64,000 nucleotides of DNA from an uncultured candidatus Porisulfidus sp. (lineage in GTDB: Bacteria; Pseudomonadota; Gammaproteobacteria; Poriferisulfidales; Poriferisulfidaceae). Both the position numbers and the translations under genes were made by a program. Under the pieces are notes generated by a model, which did not search any database, was not told the DNA's origin, and saw only the letters and a program-made list of their open reading frames with translations. Each line of letters opens with the position of its first letter. Position 1 is the stretch's first letter. The stretch lies in contig CBDASZ010000002.1 in assembly GCA_965199755.1 (NCBI GenBank), positions 1 through 64,000 on the forward strand. Reading direction: 5' to 3'. Positions 20,281 through 33,485 of this stretch are shown here, piece after piece.

Positions 20281-22298
20281 TATCGCAGTGTCGCTCCCAG
20301 TTGTTGCGTCAGGCTGTCTGTGACACGGCTCAACAGCCGATCCACTTCCGTGTCGGTTAATGTGCCTGAAAAACTTTGAAATTTCAAATGCAACCCGATG
20401 CTTTTACGATGGTTTCCCAATTCCCTGCCACGATAAACATCAAACACTGTACATTCTACCAGTTCCTCAATGGATAATTTCCCGATGCACTGCTTGATGT
20501 GCGCGGCTGAAACTTCGTTCCCTAGCACCAGACTCAAATCCCGCGCCACCGCCGGATATTCCGACCACGGCTCAAAGACGGCCTGTGGTGATTTCTCCCA
20601 TTCCTGCAGGGCTACTTCAAACACAAAAGCCGAGACGGGCAGGTCAAATTCGGACAGCCACTTCGGATGCAGCGCGCCCACCAACCCCACGGACTTGTCT
20701 CCCAAAAGTATCTGCGCGGTCTGTCCCGGATGCAATGCCGGGTGCGTGGCAGACTCAAAACGAAGCGCGTCACCGTTGCCTTGAAACAGGCACTCAATAT
20801 CCCCCTTGACATCATAGAAGTCGATCGCGCGGCCCGCTGCTGACCATTGCAACGGATATGCGGCTCCATGCGCCACACCACCGAGCACCCAGGTCTCGGC
20901 GTAGGCGTCATCTTTGGAGGAAAACACCCGCGCCACCTCGAACAGGCGCACACTGCCTTGCTGGCGGTTGTGGTTGTGCTGCGCGGCGCGCAGCAAACTG
21001 CCGCTCAAGGTAGTGCGCATCACCGCATGTTCCTCGGAAATCGGATTGCGCAGCAGCAATGGCGTCGCGCTCGGCGCGAATATCTTCTCCAGTTTCTGGT
21101 CCGTAAAGCTGTAACTGAGCGCCTCACAATAACCGCGCTCGACCAATCGCGTGGCGCATTCCTCAATACGTACAGACAAGGCCGGTGCCTCCGGCATGCC
21201 CGCAGATATCGGCAGTCTTTGCATCGGCAGCTGATCGTAACCATGAACGCGCGCCACTTCCTCCACCAGATCCTGCTCAATCTCCAGATCAAAGCGCCAA
21301 CTGGGCGGGCGGACTTCCCAGTTCTCGGCACGCGCCGCCACCACACAGCCCAAAGCGCGCAGAATGCGGATCACCGCACTGCCCTCTATCCTCACTCCCA
21401 GACTACGTTCCAGTTGCTGCGCGCGCAGGAAAACCGGCTCGGCTCGATACTCCGGTGCCAGAGAACCATGAATGGAGACTTCCGACACCTGACCACCTGC
21501 ATGTTCCACAATCAACTGGGTCGCGCGCTGCAGCGCCCGATGCGCGATGTGAGGGTCCACGCCACGCTCAAAACGGCGCGACGATTCCGTGTGCAGTTTC
21601 AGACGGCGCGCACGCCCGGCGATCGCCTCCGGCAGAAAGTGCGCGGACTCCAGCAGCACCTGGCGCGTGTTCTCGGTGACTGCGGAATGGGCACCGCCAA
21701 TAATGCCGGCCACCGCCACCGGACTGGTACCTGACGCAATCACCAGCATGTCCGGCTCCAGCGCCAGCATGGCGTCATCTAATGCGCGCATGCTTTCTCC
21801 GCGCCGCGCCCAACGCACGGAAATCGGCCCGCTCAATGTGTCTGCATCAAAAGCATGCAGTGGCTGCCCCAGTTCCAACATCACATAGTTGGTGACATCC
21901 ACCAGAAATCCATGCGGCTTCACGCCGCAGCGCTGCAGACGCTCTTGCATCCATTGCGGGGTCAGAGCCTGTGTGTCAAAGCCTTCGATCAGGCGCAGGC
22001 TGTAATACGAGCAGCCTTCCGGCTCGACGCTGCCAAGCGACGGCGGCACCTGCCCTGAAACCACGACCGAACCGACATTCGGGCGGTCATCGAATTTCAC
22101 ATCGCTCAACACCGACAACTCGCGCGCCAATCCCAGCATGCTCAAGCAATCACCACGATTGGGAGTCAGATCCAGTTCCAGCGTGCGGTCTTCATGCAGA
22201 ACCGCCTCCACTCCGGCAAGCGTCAGCGACTGCGCAATAGCCTCGGCATCCGGTGCCTTCGGAATCCACTGCAACAGCCAGTCCAGATCGCATTTCAT
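20280..22298 (-). CDS. pheT: Phenylalanyl-tRNA synthetase beta subunit (short form, 672 aa)
   Basis: LTPNRGDCLS, VDVTNYVMLELGQPLHAFD, RFERGVD, PSWRFDL..EQDLVEEVAR, FDX-ACB domain at the C-terminus. Confidence 0.94.
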   Translation of the reverse strand: MKCDLDWLLQWIPKAPDAEAIAQSLTLAGVEAVLHEDRTLELDLTPNRGDCLSMLGLARELSVLSDVKFDDRPNVGSVVVSGQVPPSLGSVEPEGCSYYSLRLIEGFDTQALTPQWMQERLQRCGVKPHGFLVDVTNYVMLELGQPLHAFDADTLSGPISVRWARRGESMRALDDAMLALEPDMLVIASGTSPVAVAGIIGGAHSAVTENTRQVLLESAHFLPEAIAGRARRLKLHTESSRRFERGVDPHIAHRALQRATQLIVEHAGGQVSEVSIHGSLAPEYRAEPVFLRAQQLERSLGVRIEGSAVIRILRALGCVVAARAENWEVRPPSWRFDLEIEQDLVEEVARVHGYDQLPMQRLPISAGMPEAPALSVRIEECATRLVERGYCEALSYSFTDQKLEKIFAPSATPLLLRNPISEEHAVMRTTLSGSLLRAAQHNHNRQQGSVRLFEVARVFSSKDDAYAETWVLGGVAHGAAYPLQWSAAGRAIDFYDVKGDIECLFQGNGDALRFESATHPALHPGQTAQILLGDKSVGLVGALHPKWLSEFDLPVSAFVFEVALQEWEKSPQAVFEPWSEYPAVARDLSLVLGNEVSAAHIKQCIGKLSIEELVECTVFDVYRGRELGNHRKSIGLHLKFQSFSGTLTDTEVDRLLSRVTDSLTQQLGATLR

Positions 22299-23293
22299 TG
22301 CGACAACCCGCCGAACTGGCGAAGAAATCGGAGATCGTTGGCGAACATCACACGCAGATCCGGGATGTTGTAATACAGCATGGCCAGTCGCTCCACGCCC
22401 ATCCCGAACGCGAACCCGCCGTGTTCCTCAGGGTCAATGTCGCAACTGCGCAGCACGTTCGGATGCACCATGCCGCAGCCAAGCACTTCCAGCCAATCGC
22501 TGTGTTCGTGACGCACATCGACTTCCGCCGACGGTTCGGTAAACGGGAAGTACGATGCGCGAAACCGCACCTCAATGTCTCGCCCGGCGAAGAAGTCCTG
22601 CAGGAATTCCACCACCACATATTTGAGCTGGCTCATGGTGATGTCTGTGCCCACGCACAAGCCTTCGACCTGGTGGAACATGGGGCTGTGTGTCGGGTCC
22701 GAGTCGCAGCGGTACACACGACCGGGCGCAATGGCCCGAATCGGTGCGCCGTACTCGGCCATGGCCCGAATCTGCACCGGTGAGGTATGCGTCCGCAACA
22801 GGTACTCGTCCTGCATATAAAACGTGTCGTGCATCGCCCGCGCCGGATGCGCTGGCGGAATGTTCAGCGCATTGAAGTTGTGATGATCATCTTCAATCTC
22901 CGGGCCTTGCACCTCCCGAAAGCCCTGCTGCGCAAACCAGCGACAGATGCGCCGCATGGTGATTAACGTGGGGTGGCGTGCGCCCGGCGGCAGATAACGC
23001 CCCGGCAGCGTGATGTCGGATTGCTCCTGCGCGACCTTTTCCTCAATCGCTTTTTGTTGCAGATGCGCTTGGCGCGCTTCAAGTGCCGCTTCAATGGCCG
23101 CGCGAATATTCTGCAACTCCGCGCCCGCCTGCGGGCGCTCCTCTTCCGGCAACTCGTGGATGCCGCGCAAAGCGGTCGTCAGCGTGCCTTTGCGTCCCAG
23201 CCAATCGACACGCACAGATTCAAGCTGCGCAAGATCAGTTGCAGCAGCGATCGCCGCTTCGGCATCAGACTGGAAAGTGTCGTATGACAACAT
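22295..23293 (-). CDS. pheS: Phenylalanyl-tRNA synthetase alpha subunit
   Basis: HPARAMHDTFY, LRTHTSPVQ, FHQVEG, YFPFTEPS, GFAFGMG.ERL. Confidence 0.98.
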   Translation of the reverse strand: MLSYDTFQSDAEAAIAAATDLAQLESVRVDWLGRKGTLTTALRGIHELPEEERPQAGAELQNIRAAIEAALEARQAHLQQKAIEEKVAQEQSDITLPGRYLPPGARHPTLITMRRICRWFAQQGFREVQGPEIEDDHHNFNALNIPPAHPARAMHDTFYMQDEYLLRTHTSPVQIRAMAEYGAPIRAIAPGRVYRCDSDPTHSPMFHQVEGLCVGTDITMSQLKYVVVEFLQDFFAGRDIEVRFRASYFPFTEPSAEVDVRHEHSDWLEVLGCGMVHPNVLRSCDIDPEEHGGFAFGMGVERLAMLYYNIPDLRVMFANDLRFLRQFGGLSQ

Positions 23294-23320
23294 GACGCGC
23301 GGCGATCCGCGATGTCGTCC

Positions 23321-23683
23321 TCAGGACGGGGACAACTGCGACTTTGCCTGCTCCACCAAACGTGCGAATGCTTCGAAGTCGTTCATTGCAAGATCAGCCA
23401 GCATCTTGCGATCAATGACGACATCTGCCTGTTCCAAACCGTACATTAGCCGGCTGTAGGACAGACCGCACTGCCGAGCCGCCGCGTTGATGCGAACGAT
23501 CCACAAACGGCGGAAATCCTGCTTGCGCGTGCGCCTATCCCGATAGGCGTATTGGCCGGCGCGAATCACCGCCTGCTTGGCCGAACGATAGGTGCGACTG
23601 CGCGCGCCATAGTATCCACGCGCCGCGCGCAATACTTTGCGATGGCGCGCCCGCGCAACGACTCCGCGTTTGACTCGAGACAT
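23321..23683 (-). CDS. rplT: 50S ribosomal protein L20
   Basis: [36 protein letters not shown]. Confidence 0.98.
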   Translation of the reverse strand: MSRVKRGVVARARHRKVLRAARGYYGARSRTYRSAKQAVIRAGQYAYRDRRTRKQDFRRLWIVRINAAARQCGLSYSRLMYGLEQADVVIDRKMLADLAMNDFEAFARLVEQAKSQLSPS

Positions 23684-23691
23684 GATGCGAC

Positions 23692-23889
23692 TCAGGCGTA
23701 CGGCAACAGACGGCGCGTCGCGGCGGCGTCCGCCGCGTCAATGCGGTCCGTAGCACGCAAAGCGCGCTTGCGCTTGGTGCTCTTCTTGGTCAGAATGTGG
23801 TTGCGATGCGACTGCCGGCATTTAAACTTGCCACTGCCAGTCTTGCGAAAGCGCTTCGCTGCGCCACGATTGGTTTTCAGTTTTGGCAT
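23692..23889 (-). CDS. rpmI: 50S ribosomal protein L35
   Basis: [23 protein letters not shown]. Confidence 0.98.
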   Translation of the reverse strand: MPKLKTNRGAAKRFRKTGSGKFKCRQSHRNHILTKKSTKRKRALRATDRIDAADAAATRRLLPYA

Positions 23890-23898
23890 GATTGTCAG

Positions 23899-24420
23899 TC
23901 ATCCGCGCCGCTTGGGCACCAGTACCATCACCATTTGCCGCCCTTCCATTTTCGGGTGCTGTTCGACTTCGGCATGGTCCTGAAGATCCTTCTCAATTCG
24001 GCTCAACTGGCGCTCCCCCAATTCACGATGATGCATTTCACGTCCGCGGAAACGCACCGTCACCTTGGTTTTATCGCCATCTTCCAAAAACCGGATCAGA
24101 TTGCGTAACTTAACCTGGTAATCTCCTTCTTCCGTTCCCGGACGAAACTTGATTTCCTTGATCTGAATCTGTTTTTGTTTTTTGCGGGCCTGTTGGGCTT
24201 TCTTCTTCCGCTCGAAACAAAACTTTCCGTAATCCATCACTTTGCACACGGGCGGTGATGTATTTGGAGAGATTTCTACCAGATCCAACTGGGCTTTCGT
24301 TGCAAGTTGTCGGGCTTCATCCACTCCCACGACGCCACGGTTGGCACCGCCTTGATCGATGAGCCGCACCTGCGGCACCGTAATCTCTTCGTTGAGACGA
24401 ATCTCTCTCTCTGCGCTGAT
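23899..24420 (-). CDS. infC: Translation initiation factor IF-3 (probable ATC start)
   Basis: [41 protein letters not shown] lies 7 nt upstream of the ATC at 24420. Confidence 0.93.
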   Translation of the reverse strand: MSAEREIRLNEEITVPQVRLIDQGGANRGVVGVDEARQLATKAQLDLVEISPNTSPPVCKVMDYGKFCFERKKKAQQARKKQKQIQIKEIKFRPGTEEGDYQVKLRNLIRFLEDGDKTKVTVRFRGREMHHRELGERQLSRIEKDLQDHAEVEQHPKMEGRQMVMVLVPKRRG

Positions 24421-24422
24421 GC

Positions 24423-26348
24423 TCAATCCTCCATTAAATGTAACTGGCGGGCGCGAATTGTACCAACAAAGCGCTGAATCCACTGCGACACGGACCGGGA
24501 ACTCAAATCAGAGCCATCCCGCGCACGTACGCTGATCGTCCCTGCTTCCTGCTCCCGCGCCCCAATAATCAACAGATACGGGACATGCGCCAAAGTGTGC
24601 TCGCGTATTTTAAGGGATATTTTTTCATTTCTCAAATCTGTGTGCGCCCGCACACCGGCCTCCACAAATTGCCGCTGCACGTCACGCGCGTATTCAGCTT
24701 GCGCATCCGTGATGTTCAGCACCATCGCTTGCTGCGGTGCCAGCCACAGCGGCAGGTCTCCCGCGTAGTGCTCGATCAGGATACCAATGAAGCGCTCCAG
24801 TGATCCGAATACCGCGCGGTGGATCATCACCGGCACGACCTTCTCGCTGTGCTCGTCCACATAGCGCGCGCCCAAACGATCCGGCATGGAAAAGTCCAAC
24901 TGAATGGTGCCGCACTGCCATTCGCGACCAATGCAATCCATCAGCGTGAACTCAATCTTCGGCCCGTAAAACGCACCCTCTCCTGGATGCACCATGAACT
25001 CCAGTCCCGCCGACTTCAATGCCTCTTGCAAAACCGCCTCCGAGCGATCCCACAACGCATCCTCGCCCACGCGGCGTTCTGGCCGGGTGGACAAGCCCAT
25101 CACCACTTCCTCAAAGCCGAAGTCCCGATAGGTGGACAGCGTCAGTTCGATGAGCGCCGCGATTTCGTCATGCAACTGCTCCGGTGAGCAAAAGATATGC
25201 GCGTCATCCTGCACGAAGCGCCGCGCCCGCATCAATCCGTGCAGGGTTCCTGACGGCTCGTTGCGATGCACCAGACCAAATTCGGCAATCTTGTGCGGCA
25301 GGTCGCGATAACTCTTCAGCCCCTGATTGAATAACTGCACATGACCTGGGCAGTTCATTGGCTTGATCGCATAGTCCCGGTTCTCGGACGCGGTGCTGAA
25401 AATCATCTCACCGAACTTGTCCCAGTGTCCGGATCGCTCCCACAAACTGCGGTCCAGAATCTGCGGCGTGTGCACTTCAATATAGCCAGCTCGGTCCAAC
25501 CGCTCGCGGATGTAGCCTTCCAGTTGCCGATACAGCGTCCAGCCGCCGGCATGCCAGAACACCTGCCCCGGTGCCTCTTCCTGAAAATGAAACAAGTCCA
25601 TGGTGCGTCCGATCTTGCGATGGTCGCGCTTCTGCGCTTCTTCCAGACGCTTCAGATAGGTGCGCAACTGCTTTCGGTCCGGCCACGCCGTGCCGTAGAC
25701 GCGCTGCAGCATTTCGTTGCGCGAATCGCCGCGCCAATAGGCACCGGCCAACTTGGTCAACTTGAACGCACGCAAATGCCGGGTGTTCGGCACGTGCGGG
25801 CCGCGACACATGTCAATGTATTCCTGATGGTGGTACAGGGCGATTTCCTCGCCTTCCGGGATATCGTCGACGATCTGCACCTTGTAGGTCTCACCACGTT
25901 CGGCGAATACTGAACGTGCACGCTCGCGGGTGACCACCTCGCGAATGACCTCGTAATCTTGCACGACCAGCTCTTCGATTTTCTTCTCGATCTGCTCCAG
26001 GTCTTCTTCCGAGAATGATTCATCGCGGGCAATGTCATAATAAAAACCATCGCGAATTACCGGCCCGACCGCCATTTGCGCATCCGGGTATAACTGCTTC
26101 ACCGCCTGCCCAACCATATGCGCCAGAGAATGGCGCAGAATCTCAACGCCTTCCGGGTCACGTGGCGTAATGATGGCGACCTCGGCATCCTCCGGAACTT
26201 CGACACAGGCATCCACCAGTCGTCCATTGACGCGCCCCGCAAGCGTCGCCTGCGCCAGACCCGAACCAATGGATTCAGCGATTTGCATGACGGTCGGCGG
26301 CGCATTAAACTCGCGCGTCGCACCATCAGGAAGAGTAATTACGGGCAT
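24423..26348 (-). CDS. thrS: Threonyl-tRNA synthetase
   Basis: [51 protein letters not shown]. Confidence 0.99.
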   Translation of the reverse strand: MPVITLPDGATREFNAPPTVMQIAESIGSGLAQATLAGRVNGRLVDACVEVPEDAEVAIITPRDPEGVEILRHSLAHMVGQAVKQLYPDAQMAVGPVIRDGFYYDIARDESFSEEDLEQIEKKIEELVVQDYEVIREVVTRERARSVFAERGETYKVQIVDDIPEGEEIALYHHQEYIDMCRGPHVPNTRHLRAFKLTKLAGAYWRGDSRNEMLQRVYGTAWPDRKQLRTYLKRLEEAQKRDHRKIGRTMDLFHFQEEAPGQVFWHAGGWTLYRQLEGYIRERLDRAGYIEVHTPQILDRSLWERSGHWDKFGEMIFSTASENRDYAIKPMNCPGHVQLFNQGLKSYRDLPHKIAEFGLVHRNEPSGTLHGLMRARRFVQDDAHIFCSPEQLHDEIAALIELTLSTYRDFGFEEVVMGLSTRPERRVGEDALWDRSEAVLQEALKSAGLEFMVHPGEGAFYGPKIEFTLMDCIGREWQCGTIQLDFSMPDRLGARYVDEHSEKVVPVMIHRAVFGSLERFIGILIEHYAGDLPLWLAPQQAMVLNITDAQAEYARDVQRQFVEAGVRAHTDLRNEKISLKIREHTLAHVPYLLIIGAREQEAGTISVRARDGSDLSSRSVSQWIQRFVGTIRARQLHLMED

Positions 26349-26490
26349 TGGGATTGAGATAGCACCTTAGTAAGAGAACAAGAGATAACTGCAACTTGGC
26401 GCGCAGGTATTCCGTTCCCTCTCGTGCTAATTTTATTACAGGGAGCGCAAAACAGTTACAAAACAGAATGGCCCCAGTATGTGTCTGGTA

Positions 26491-28408
<1,918 letters not shown>

Positions 28409-28606
28409 TGCCGATGATGGTACGCATCACGAACACTATCATCAAACCTCAACTAACGAATAACTGAGGCTATGATACTCTTAAGTTATGAATGTGCCAG
28501 ATTCAGTCTTGTCCGAGGGCGTAACAACTACTGAACTAATAATTTCAGCAAAACCGAATAAGGTGAGAATGCCGTTGCTGTCAGAATTTTAGACTCGCCA
28601 ACTTCT

Positions 28607-29284
28607 TCACACGTAGCGTGTCACGTCCTCCAGTCCCGCCTTCACAAACCCTTCGCGCCGCAGGCGGCATGCCTCACAGCATCCGCACGCACGGCCTTCG
28701 GCATCTGCCTGATAGCACGACACAGTCATGGTGTAATCCACACCCATCTCCGTGCCAGCACGAATGATTTCCTCTTTGGGCCAGTCAAGCAGCGGCGTAT
28801 GAACCCGAAACGGCCTCCCTTCCACGCCCTCGCGAGTCGCCAGGTTCGCCATATTTTCAAAAGCCTCAATGAACTCGCCCCGGCAATCCGGGTAGCCAGA
28901 GTAGTCCACTGCATTAACACCGATGCACAGATCGTGAATGCCGCGCGACTCAGCCAAGGCCAAGGCCAGAGACAGAAACACCGTGTTGCGCGCTGGCACA
29001 TAGGTAGACGGGATCCCCTCCTGTGGCTGTTGCAGCACATCAATGGCCGCATCCGTCAATGCGGAGGCACCGAACTGATCAAGCGAAATATCCATTTCCA
29101 CATGCACACAGCCTGCTGCTTGCACCAGTTGACGCGCCGCGTGCAACTCCGCCTGATGCCGCTGCCCATAACGAAAACTCAAGGCCACCGGAGTCATACC
29201 CTGCGCTGACACCCACGCCAGCGCCGTTGCGGAATCCATACCGCCGGACAACAGCACCACACAGGGTTTAGCGCCCACGAACAT
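28607..29284 (-). CDS. queC: 7-cyano-7-deazaguanine synthase
   Basis: [42 protein letters not shown]. Confidence 0.96.
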   Translation of the reverse strand: MFVGAKPCVVLLSGGMDSATALAWVSAQGMTPVALSFRYGQRHQAELHAARQLVQAAGCVHVEMDISLDQFGASALTDAAIDVLQQPQEGIPSTYVPARNTVFLSLALALAESRGIHDLCIGVNAVDYSGYPDCRGEFIEAFENMANLATREGVEGRPFRVHTPLLDWPKEEIIRAGTEMGVDYTMTVSCYQADAEGRACGCCEACRLRREGFVKAGLEDVTRYV

Positions 29285-29924
29285 CACCCCACAGCACTTT
29301 ATGCAACTGCAACTGCAGGCGCACCAGAAGGCCGTCCGCGACGATCCAGTCGCCCAGAGTCCCGGCATCCTGTTGCTCCCAGGAAGGCGAGAAGTAGATG
29401 TCGCATGGCCATTGCCTCTCGCGCACCTGCGCACAGGCCCATTCATAATCTTCACGCGAACAGATCACGAACTTCACCAGATCGCTGGCCTGCAAATAGT
29501 CCAGATTGTTCCAATCGTTGCGAGATGCCTCGCCGCTGTCTGGCGTCTTGAGATCCATCACCTTGCACACGCGTGCATCCACCCCGGATAAGCTCATCGC
29601 GCCACTGGTCTCCAGCGCCACCTCATAGTTCTGATCACACAAAGCCATCAGTAATGACAGACACCCCTCTTGCGCCAGCGGCTCACCGCCGGTCACACAC
29701 ACGTGCTGGGCGGGCCAGTTCGCAACGCGCTCCAGCACCTGCGCCTGCTCCAGCCACTCCCCTTCGGTGAAGGCATATTCGGTGTCGCAATACTGACAGC
29801 GCAGTGGGCATCCAGTCAGACGTACGAACACGCACGGCCAACCGCTGAAGTGCCCCTCCCCTTGCAGAGAGAAAAATATCTCAGTAACGCGCAAGCGCGG
29901 CGCAGAGCTCGGATCTTCCGCCAT
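29268..29924 (-). CDS. queE: 7-carboxy-7-deazaguanine synthase (radical SAM)
   Basis: [30 protein letters not shown]. Confidence 0.96.
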   Translation of the reverse strand: MAEDPSSAPRLRVTEIFFSLQGEGHFSGWPCVFVRLTGCPLRCQYCDTEYAFTEGEWLEQAQVLERVANWPAQHVCVTGGEPLAQEGCLSLLMALCDQNYEVALETSGAMSLSGVDARVCKVMDLKTPDSGEASRNDWNNLDYLQASDLVKFVICSREDYEWACAQVRERQWPCDIYFSPSWEQQDAGTLGDWIVADGLLVRLQLQLHKVLWGDVRGR

Positions 29925-30793
29925 CACTCATCGCCTGTGTGACGCTCCAAGCGCTCCAGACGCAGTTGTGCAAGCCGTGCCAGATTGCTTCCCGGTGCCT
30001 GCTCCTGCACCTCGCGCAGAATCAGCTTCGCCTGTTCGTATTCGCCCAACTCGAATCGGGCATAGCCGATCTTCAGATAAGCCACCAGATGGTGCGGGCT
30101 GTCACCGGCTGCGACGACCTGCTGCAGGTAGTCCACCGCCGTACTGAAGTCACCCTGTTCGTAGGCGATTTCGCCAAGCCAGTAACGGGCATTGTTGGCC
30201 TGCGCATGGTTTGGGTATTGCTCAAGGAATCTCTCGAAAATTCGCGCTGCATTATAGAAATCAAAGTCCCGAAACGCGGTCTTGCCACGCTTGAACATCC
30301 AGGTCGCCGGGTCATACACCTGTTGGGAGGGTATCGCTCCCGACTCGGTTTCCTGCAAGACCCCCTCCAGCATCTCTTCTCCCAGCGTCATCGGCTCTTC
30401 CGGCGGCAGCGAAAGTTCCGCGGTGTCTTTAGCGGATTCTGCTGACAATTCATCGGAAGCCGCGACTTCGGTGTTGCCGCGCAAGGCTTCCACTTCCTGC
30501 CGCAAGGATTGCAGTGCGCCTTCCAGTTCGTCCAGATGCGTCAGAATGCGAGTAACGTCCACTTCTGCGGCAGGCTCGACAACCCGCTCGGTCGGCGCTG
30601 ACACAGGCTGGGATTCCGGCTCCGGCGGCACTGCCTCCGTAGTCGGCTCGGTAACCTCTTGCGACGCAGGTCCAACTGCCGTGTCGACTTCGGGCGTTTC
30701 TTGCTCTTCGGCCCAAACAGCCAATGCGAGACTGAGTCCACAGGCTGCTGCGAACGATCGCACCGTCATACCAGACCGATGACGGAGAGTCAC
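29924..30793 (-). CDS. cpoB: Tol-Pal TPR protein CpoB/YbgF
   Basis: Signal peptide, coiled coil, TPR motif YPNH..ANNARYWLGE. Directly after pal. Confidence 0.8.
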   Translation of the reverse strand: MTLRHRSGMTVRSFAAACGLSLALAVWAEEQETPEVDTAVGPASQEVTEPTTEAVPPEPESQPVSAPTERVVEPAAEVDVTRILTHLDELEGALQSLRQEVEALRGNTEVAASDELSAESAKDTAELSLPPEEPMTLGEEMLEGVLQETESGAIPSQQVYDPATWMFKRGKTAFRDFDFYNAARIFERFLEQYPNHAQANNARYWLGEIAYEQGDFSTAVDYLQQVVAAGDSPHHLVAYLKIGYARFELGEYEQAKLILREVQEQAPGSNLARLAQLRLERLERHTGDE

Positions 30794-31386
30794 TCTTCTA
30801 CGATGATTTCGACGCGACGGTTTTTCGCCCAGACCGATTCACCCTGACCGACCACAGCCGGGATCTCCTCACCGTAACTGACCCAGTACATTTGTTCCGC
30901 CAGCACGCCGCGCTCCAGCAACATGTCCACCACGCTTTGCGCGCGCCGCTCGCCCAGCGCCAGATTGTAGGTGCGCGTGCCACGCTCATCCGCGTGGCCC
31001 TCCAGACGGATACGCAAGGAACCCTTGTTACTGAGTTGTGCGGCCACTCGGTCGACCACCTCCATGTATTCCGGCGCGAGGGATACGCTGTCATAGTCAA
31101 AATAAACGGTCATGCCCGGCGGTGCGATCGCACCGCTTTCACTGTCATCTCCCAACATCACGCCACCGTCGACTTCCATGAACTCGCCTTGAAGCCCCTC
31201 TGAACTGATACCGCCATCGTCCCCCAGAGCTCCGGTGGTCGCGCCATCAAATTCAGCAAGCAGGCCCAGATCATCAATTGCATCGACCTCGTCTTTCTGC
31301 GCACTGCCGCTGCAGGCGCTCAGCGTCAGCGCCAGCAGACCACTTAAAACAACTGTGGCGTAAGGGATTGCTGGCCGTTGCGTCAT
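30790..31386 (-). CDS. pal: Peptidoglycan-associated lipoprotein
   Basis: Lipobox LSAC, VYFDYD, EGHADERGT..YNLALGERRA, SYGEE, NRRVE. Confidence 0.93.
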   Translation of the reverse strand: MTQRPAIPYATVVLSGLLALTLSACSGSAQKDEVDAIDDLGLLAEFDGATTGALGDDGGISSEGLQGEFMEVDGGVMLGDDSESGAIAPPGMTVYFDYDSVSLAPEYMEVVDRVAAQLSNKGSLRIRLEGHADERGTRTYNLALGERRAQSVVDMLLERGVLAEQMYWVSYGEEIPAVVGQGESVWAKNRRVEIIVEE

Positions 31387-31399
31387 ACTGATAGGGCCA

Positions 31400-32680
31400 T
31401 CAGTGTCGGTAGGGAGACCATGCAGGTTCGCGGAGATTGGTGTGAGCCGTGTTCAGGCGCTTTTGGATTATACCATTGTAACTGGATACCATCAGCACCT
31501 GCTCCCCGTTGCGCAGCGTGCTGGAGTAAATCAGACTCTGACTGTTCGGCGCGAAAGACGGGCTTTCATCAAGGATACCGCGTGACAACGGATATATCGC
31601 GCCGCTTTCCGGCTCGAGCATCACCACGCTGTATTGCCCCAATCCCGCGGATTGCACGAAGGCGACGTAGCGCCCGTCCTCAGACACCTCCGCCGCCGCC
31701 GCGCTGAACTGGCTTGGGATCGGCAAAGCCCGCGCCTGCGCCTCATCCAGAGCCTGGCGGTACAGTCGAGCGCGACCGCTGCGATCGGACGTAAACACAA
31801 TGGCGCGACCGCTTGGCTCCCAGGCCGGTTCGGTGTCGATCGCCGGATGATTGGTCAGCCGCTGCAATTCTTCCGTCTGCAGGTTGTACAGGAAGATTTC
31901 CTGATTGCGACCCACCGTCAGCGTCATGGCCATCCATTGACCGTCCGGCGAGAACGCCGGGGCGTTGGAGGCGACCCGATTCGAGGGCAGCGCCCGACGC
32001 TTGCCGCTGCGGAGATCCTGCAGATGAACTTGCGCCTGTCCCCGTTCCAGCGACACGTAGGCGAGACTCTTGCCGTCCGGCGACCACACCGGCGACAGCA
32101 AGGGCTGCACTGAGGACAGAATCGACACCGGATTGTGGCCGTCCACATCGCATACGTACAGGGTATAGGTCAGTTTTCGGCCGCTGCCGGTGCGCCGAAT
32201 ATAGGCCAACCGCGTATCAAACGCGCCCGGTACGTCAGTGAGATACTCGTGCACCGAATCCGCCAACTGATGCGCCAGCCGCCGCCACAAGCGCTGCGGT
32301 CCGACGAAGCGTTTGCCGGGCAAGGCCTCACCGTTCATCAAATCCCAGATACGGTAGCTGACTTCGATGCGATCGCCTGCTTGCCGCACGTGTGTGCCGA
32401 TCACATATTCGGCATCGGTCTTCCGCCATTGCGCCACATCAAAATCACGCGCACTCAGACTCGACAGCGTGCCTCGGTGCTGGTTGTGCACCTGAAACAG
32501 ACCACTGCGCGACAGATCGGCACTCACCACACCTGCCACCTCTCGCGCTGCATCCCCGGCCGCGGCGACCGCCACGGCAATTCCACTAGTCGCACCTTGG
32601 CGCACATCCACGCGAATCTCTTCCTCGGCACTCGCGGGCACGAAAACCAATAACAAAAATACTCCCAGAACTACGCGCAT
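31400..32680 (-). CDS. tolB: TolB beta-propeller protein
   Basis: DLSRSG, GAFDTRLAY, PD40 repeats (WSPDG, FSPDG, IDTEP.W, FTSDRSG). Confidence 0.93.
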   Translation of the reverse strand: MRVVLGVFLLLVFVPASAEEEIRVDVRQGATSGIAVAVAAAGDAAREVAGVVSADLSRSGLFQVHNQHRGTLSSLSARDFDVAQWRKTDAEYVIGTHVRQAGDRIEVSYRIWDLMNGEALPGKRFVGPQRLWRRLAHQLADSVHEYLTDVPGAFDTRLAYIRRTGSGRKLTYTLYVCDVDGHNPVSILSSVQPLLSPVWSPDGKSLAYVSLERGQAQVHLQDLRSGKRRALPSNRVASNAPAFSPDGQWMAMTLTVGRNQEIFLYNLQTEELQRLTNHPAIDTEPAWEPSGRAIVFTSDRSGRARLYRQALDEAQARALPIPSQFSAAAAEVSEDGRYVAFVQSAGLGQYSVVMLEPESGAIYPLSRGILDESPSFAPNSQSLIYSSTLRNGEQVLMVSSYNGIIQKRLNTAHTNLREPAWSPYRH

Positions 32681-32681
32681 G

Positions 32682-33482
32682 CTAGCTGCCGCTCCCCGGA
32701 TAGAAGATCACAACCAGAGTATGGTCAAGCAACTCCGCCTTCGGCGGCTCCGGCAGCGGGCTTGCCTTCAGTACCGCTTTGTGCAGTGATTCCTGCCACG
32801 CCTGCGAAGCGGCGCAGTCCCGAATCACGGCAGACAGCACTTCGCCTTTGCGATTTTGTTTCACCACCACTTCGCACGGCTTGCGGCTGACGGTGGGTGG
32901 CTGCACCCACACCCGTTTGATGCGCGTCTTGATCGCGGTCTTCCAAGCATCAATCTGGCGTGCCAGTCGCACCGCTTCACGCTGGTCAGTCAGACGCTGT
33001 TGCTTGCGGCGGGCTTGCGCCGCCTGTTCGGCGCGACGCAACTCCTCGCGAGCCGCTTTGGCCGCCGCGTCGGCTTCCTTGCGCTTTCGTTCCGCCTCAG
33101 CCGCCTGACGCTGGGCTTCTTTTTTCTTGCGTTTGGCTTCTTCGGCCTTGCGCTTTTCCGCCGCCTGACGCTTCTCTTCCTCGCGCTTCTTCTTGCGTTC
33201 CTCGGCTTGGCGCTTCGCCTCCGCTTTTGCCGCAGCTTCCTGACGGCGGCGTTCTTCCGCTTCACGCAAGGCACGCTGGTATGCTTCACGCCGTCGTTCC
33301 AGTTCCTGCGCATCCATGGCCTGCACCCGCACCGCTTCAGCCGCAGGCGGTATCGGAATGCTTGATTGCACTGGCGTGTGAGCGAATTGCACGCCGATAA
33401 AAATCAGCGCATGCAGCACGATGGCGCCAATCCAGGCAGCCTTGCTGATCTCAATCTGTTGCGGCGTTACGCGTTGCCGCAT
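32682..33482 (-). CDS. tolA: TolA
   Basis: Single TM helix with His, Lys/Glu/Ala-rich helix, TonB_C-like end (KASPLP.PP). Confidence 0.88.
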   Translation of the reverse strand: MRQRVTPQQIEISKAAWIGAIVLHALIFIGVQFAHTPVQSSIPIPPAAEAVRVQAMDAQELERRREAYQRALREAEERRRQEAAAKAEAKRQAEERKKKREEEKRQAAEKRKAEEAKRKKKEAQRQAAEAERKRKEADAAAKAAREELRRAEQAAQARRKQQRLTDQREAVRLARQIDAWKTAIKTRIKRVWVQPPTVSRKPCEVVVKQNRKGEVLSAVIRDCAASQAWQESLHKAVLKASPLPEPPKAELLDHTLVVIFYPGSGS

Positions 33483-33485
33483 GAG

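Noticed and set aside
28440-28606. Possible integron attC or tRNA attachment site beside the R-M islet
   Set aside because: No complementary R''/R' boxes with a long hairpin, and no tRNA or direct repeat found on either flank.
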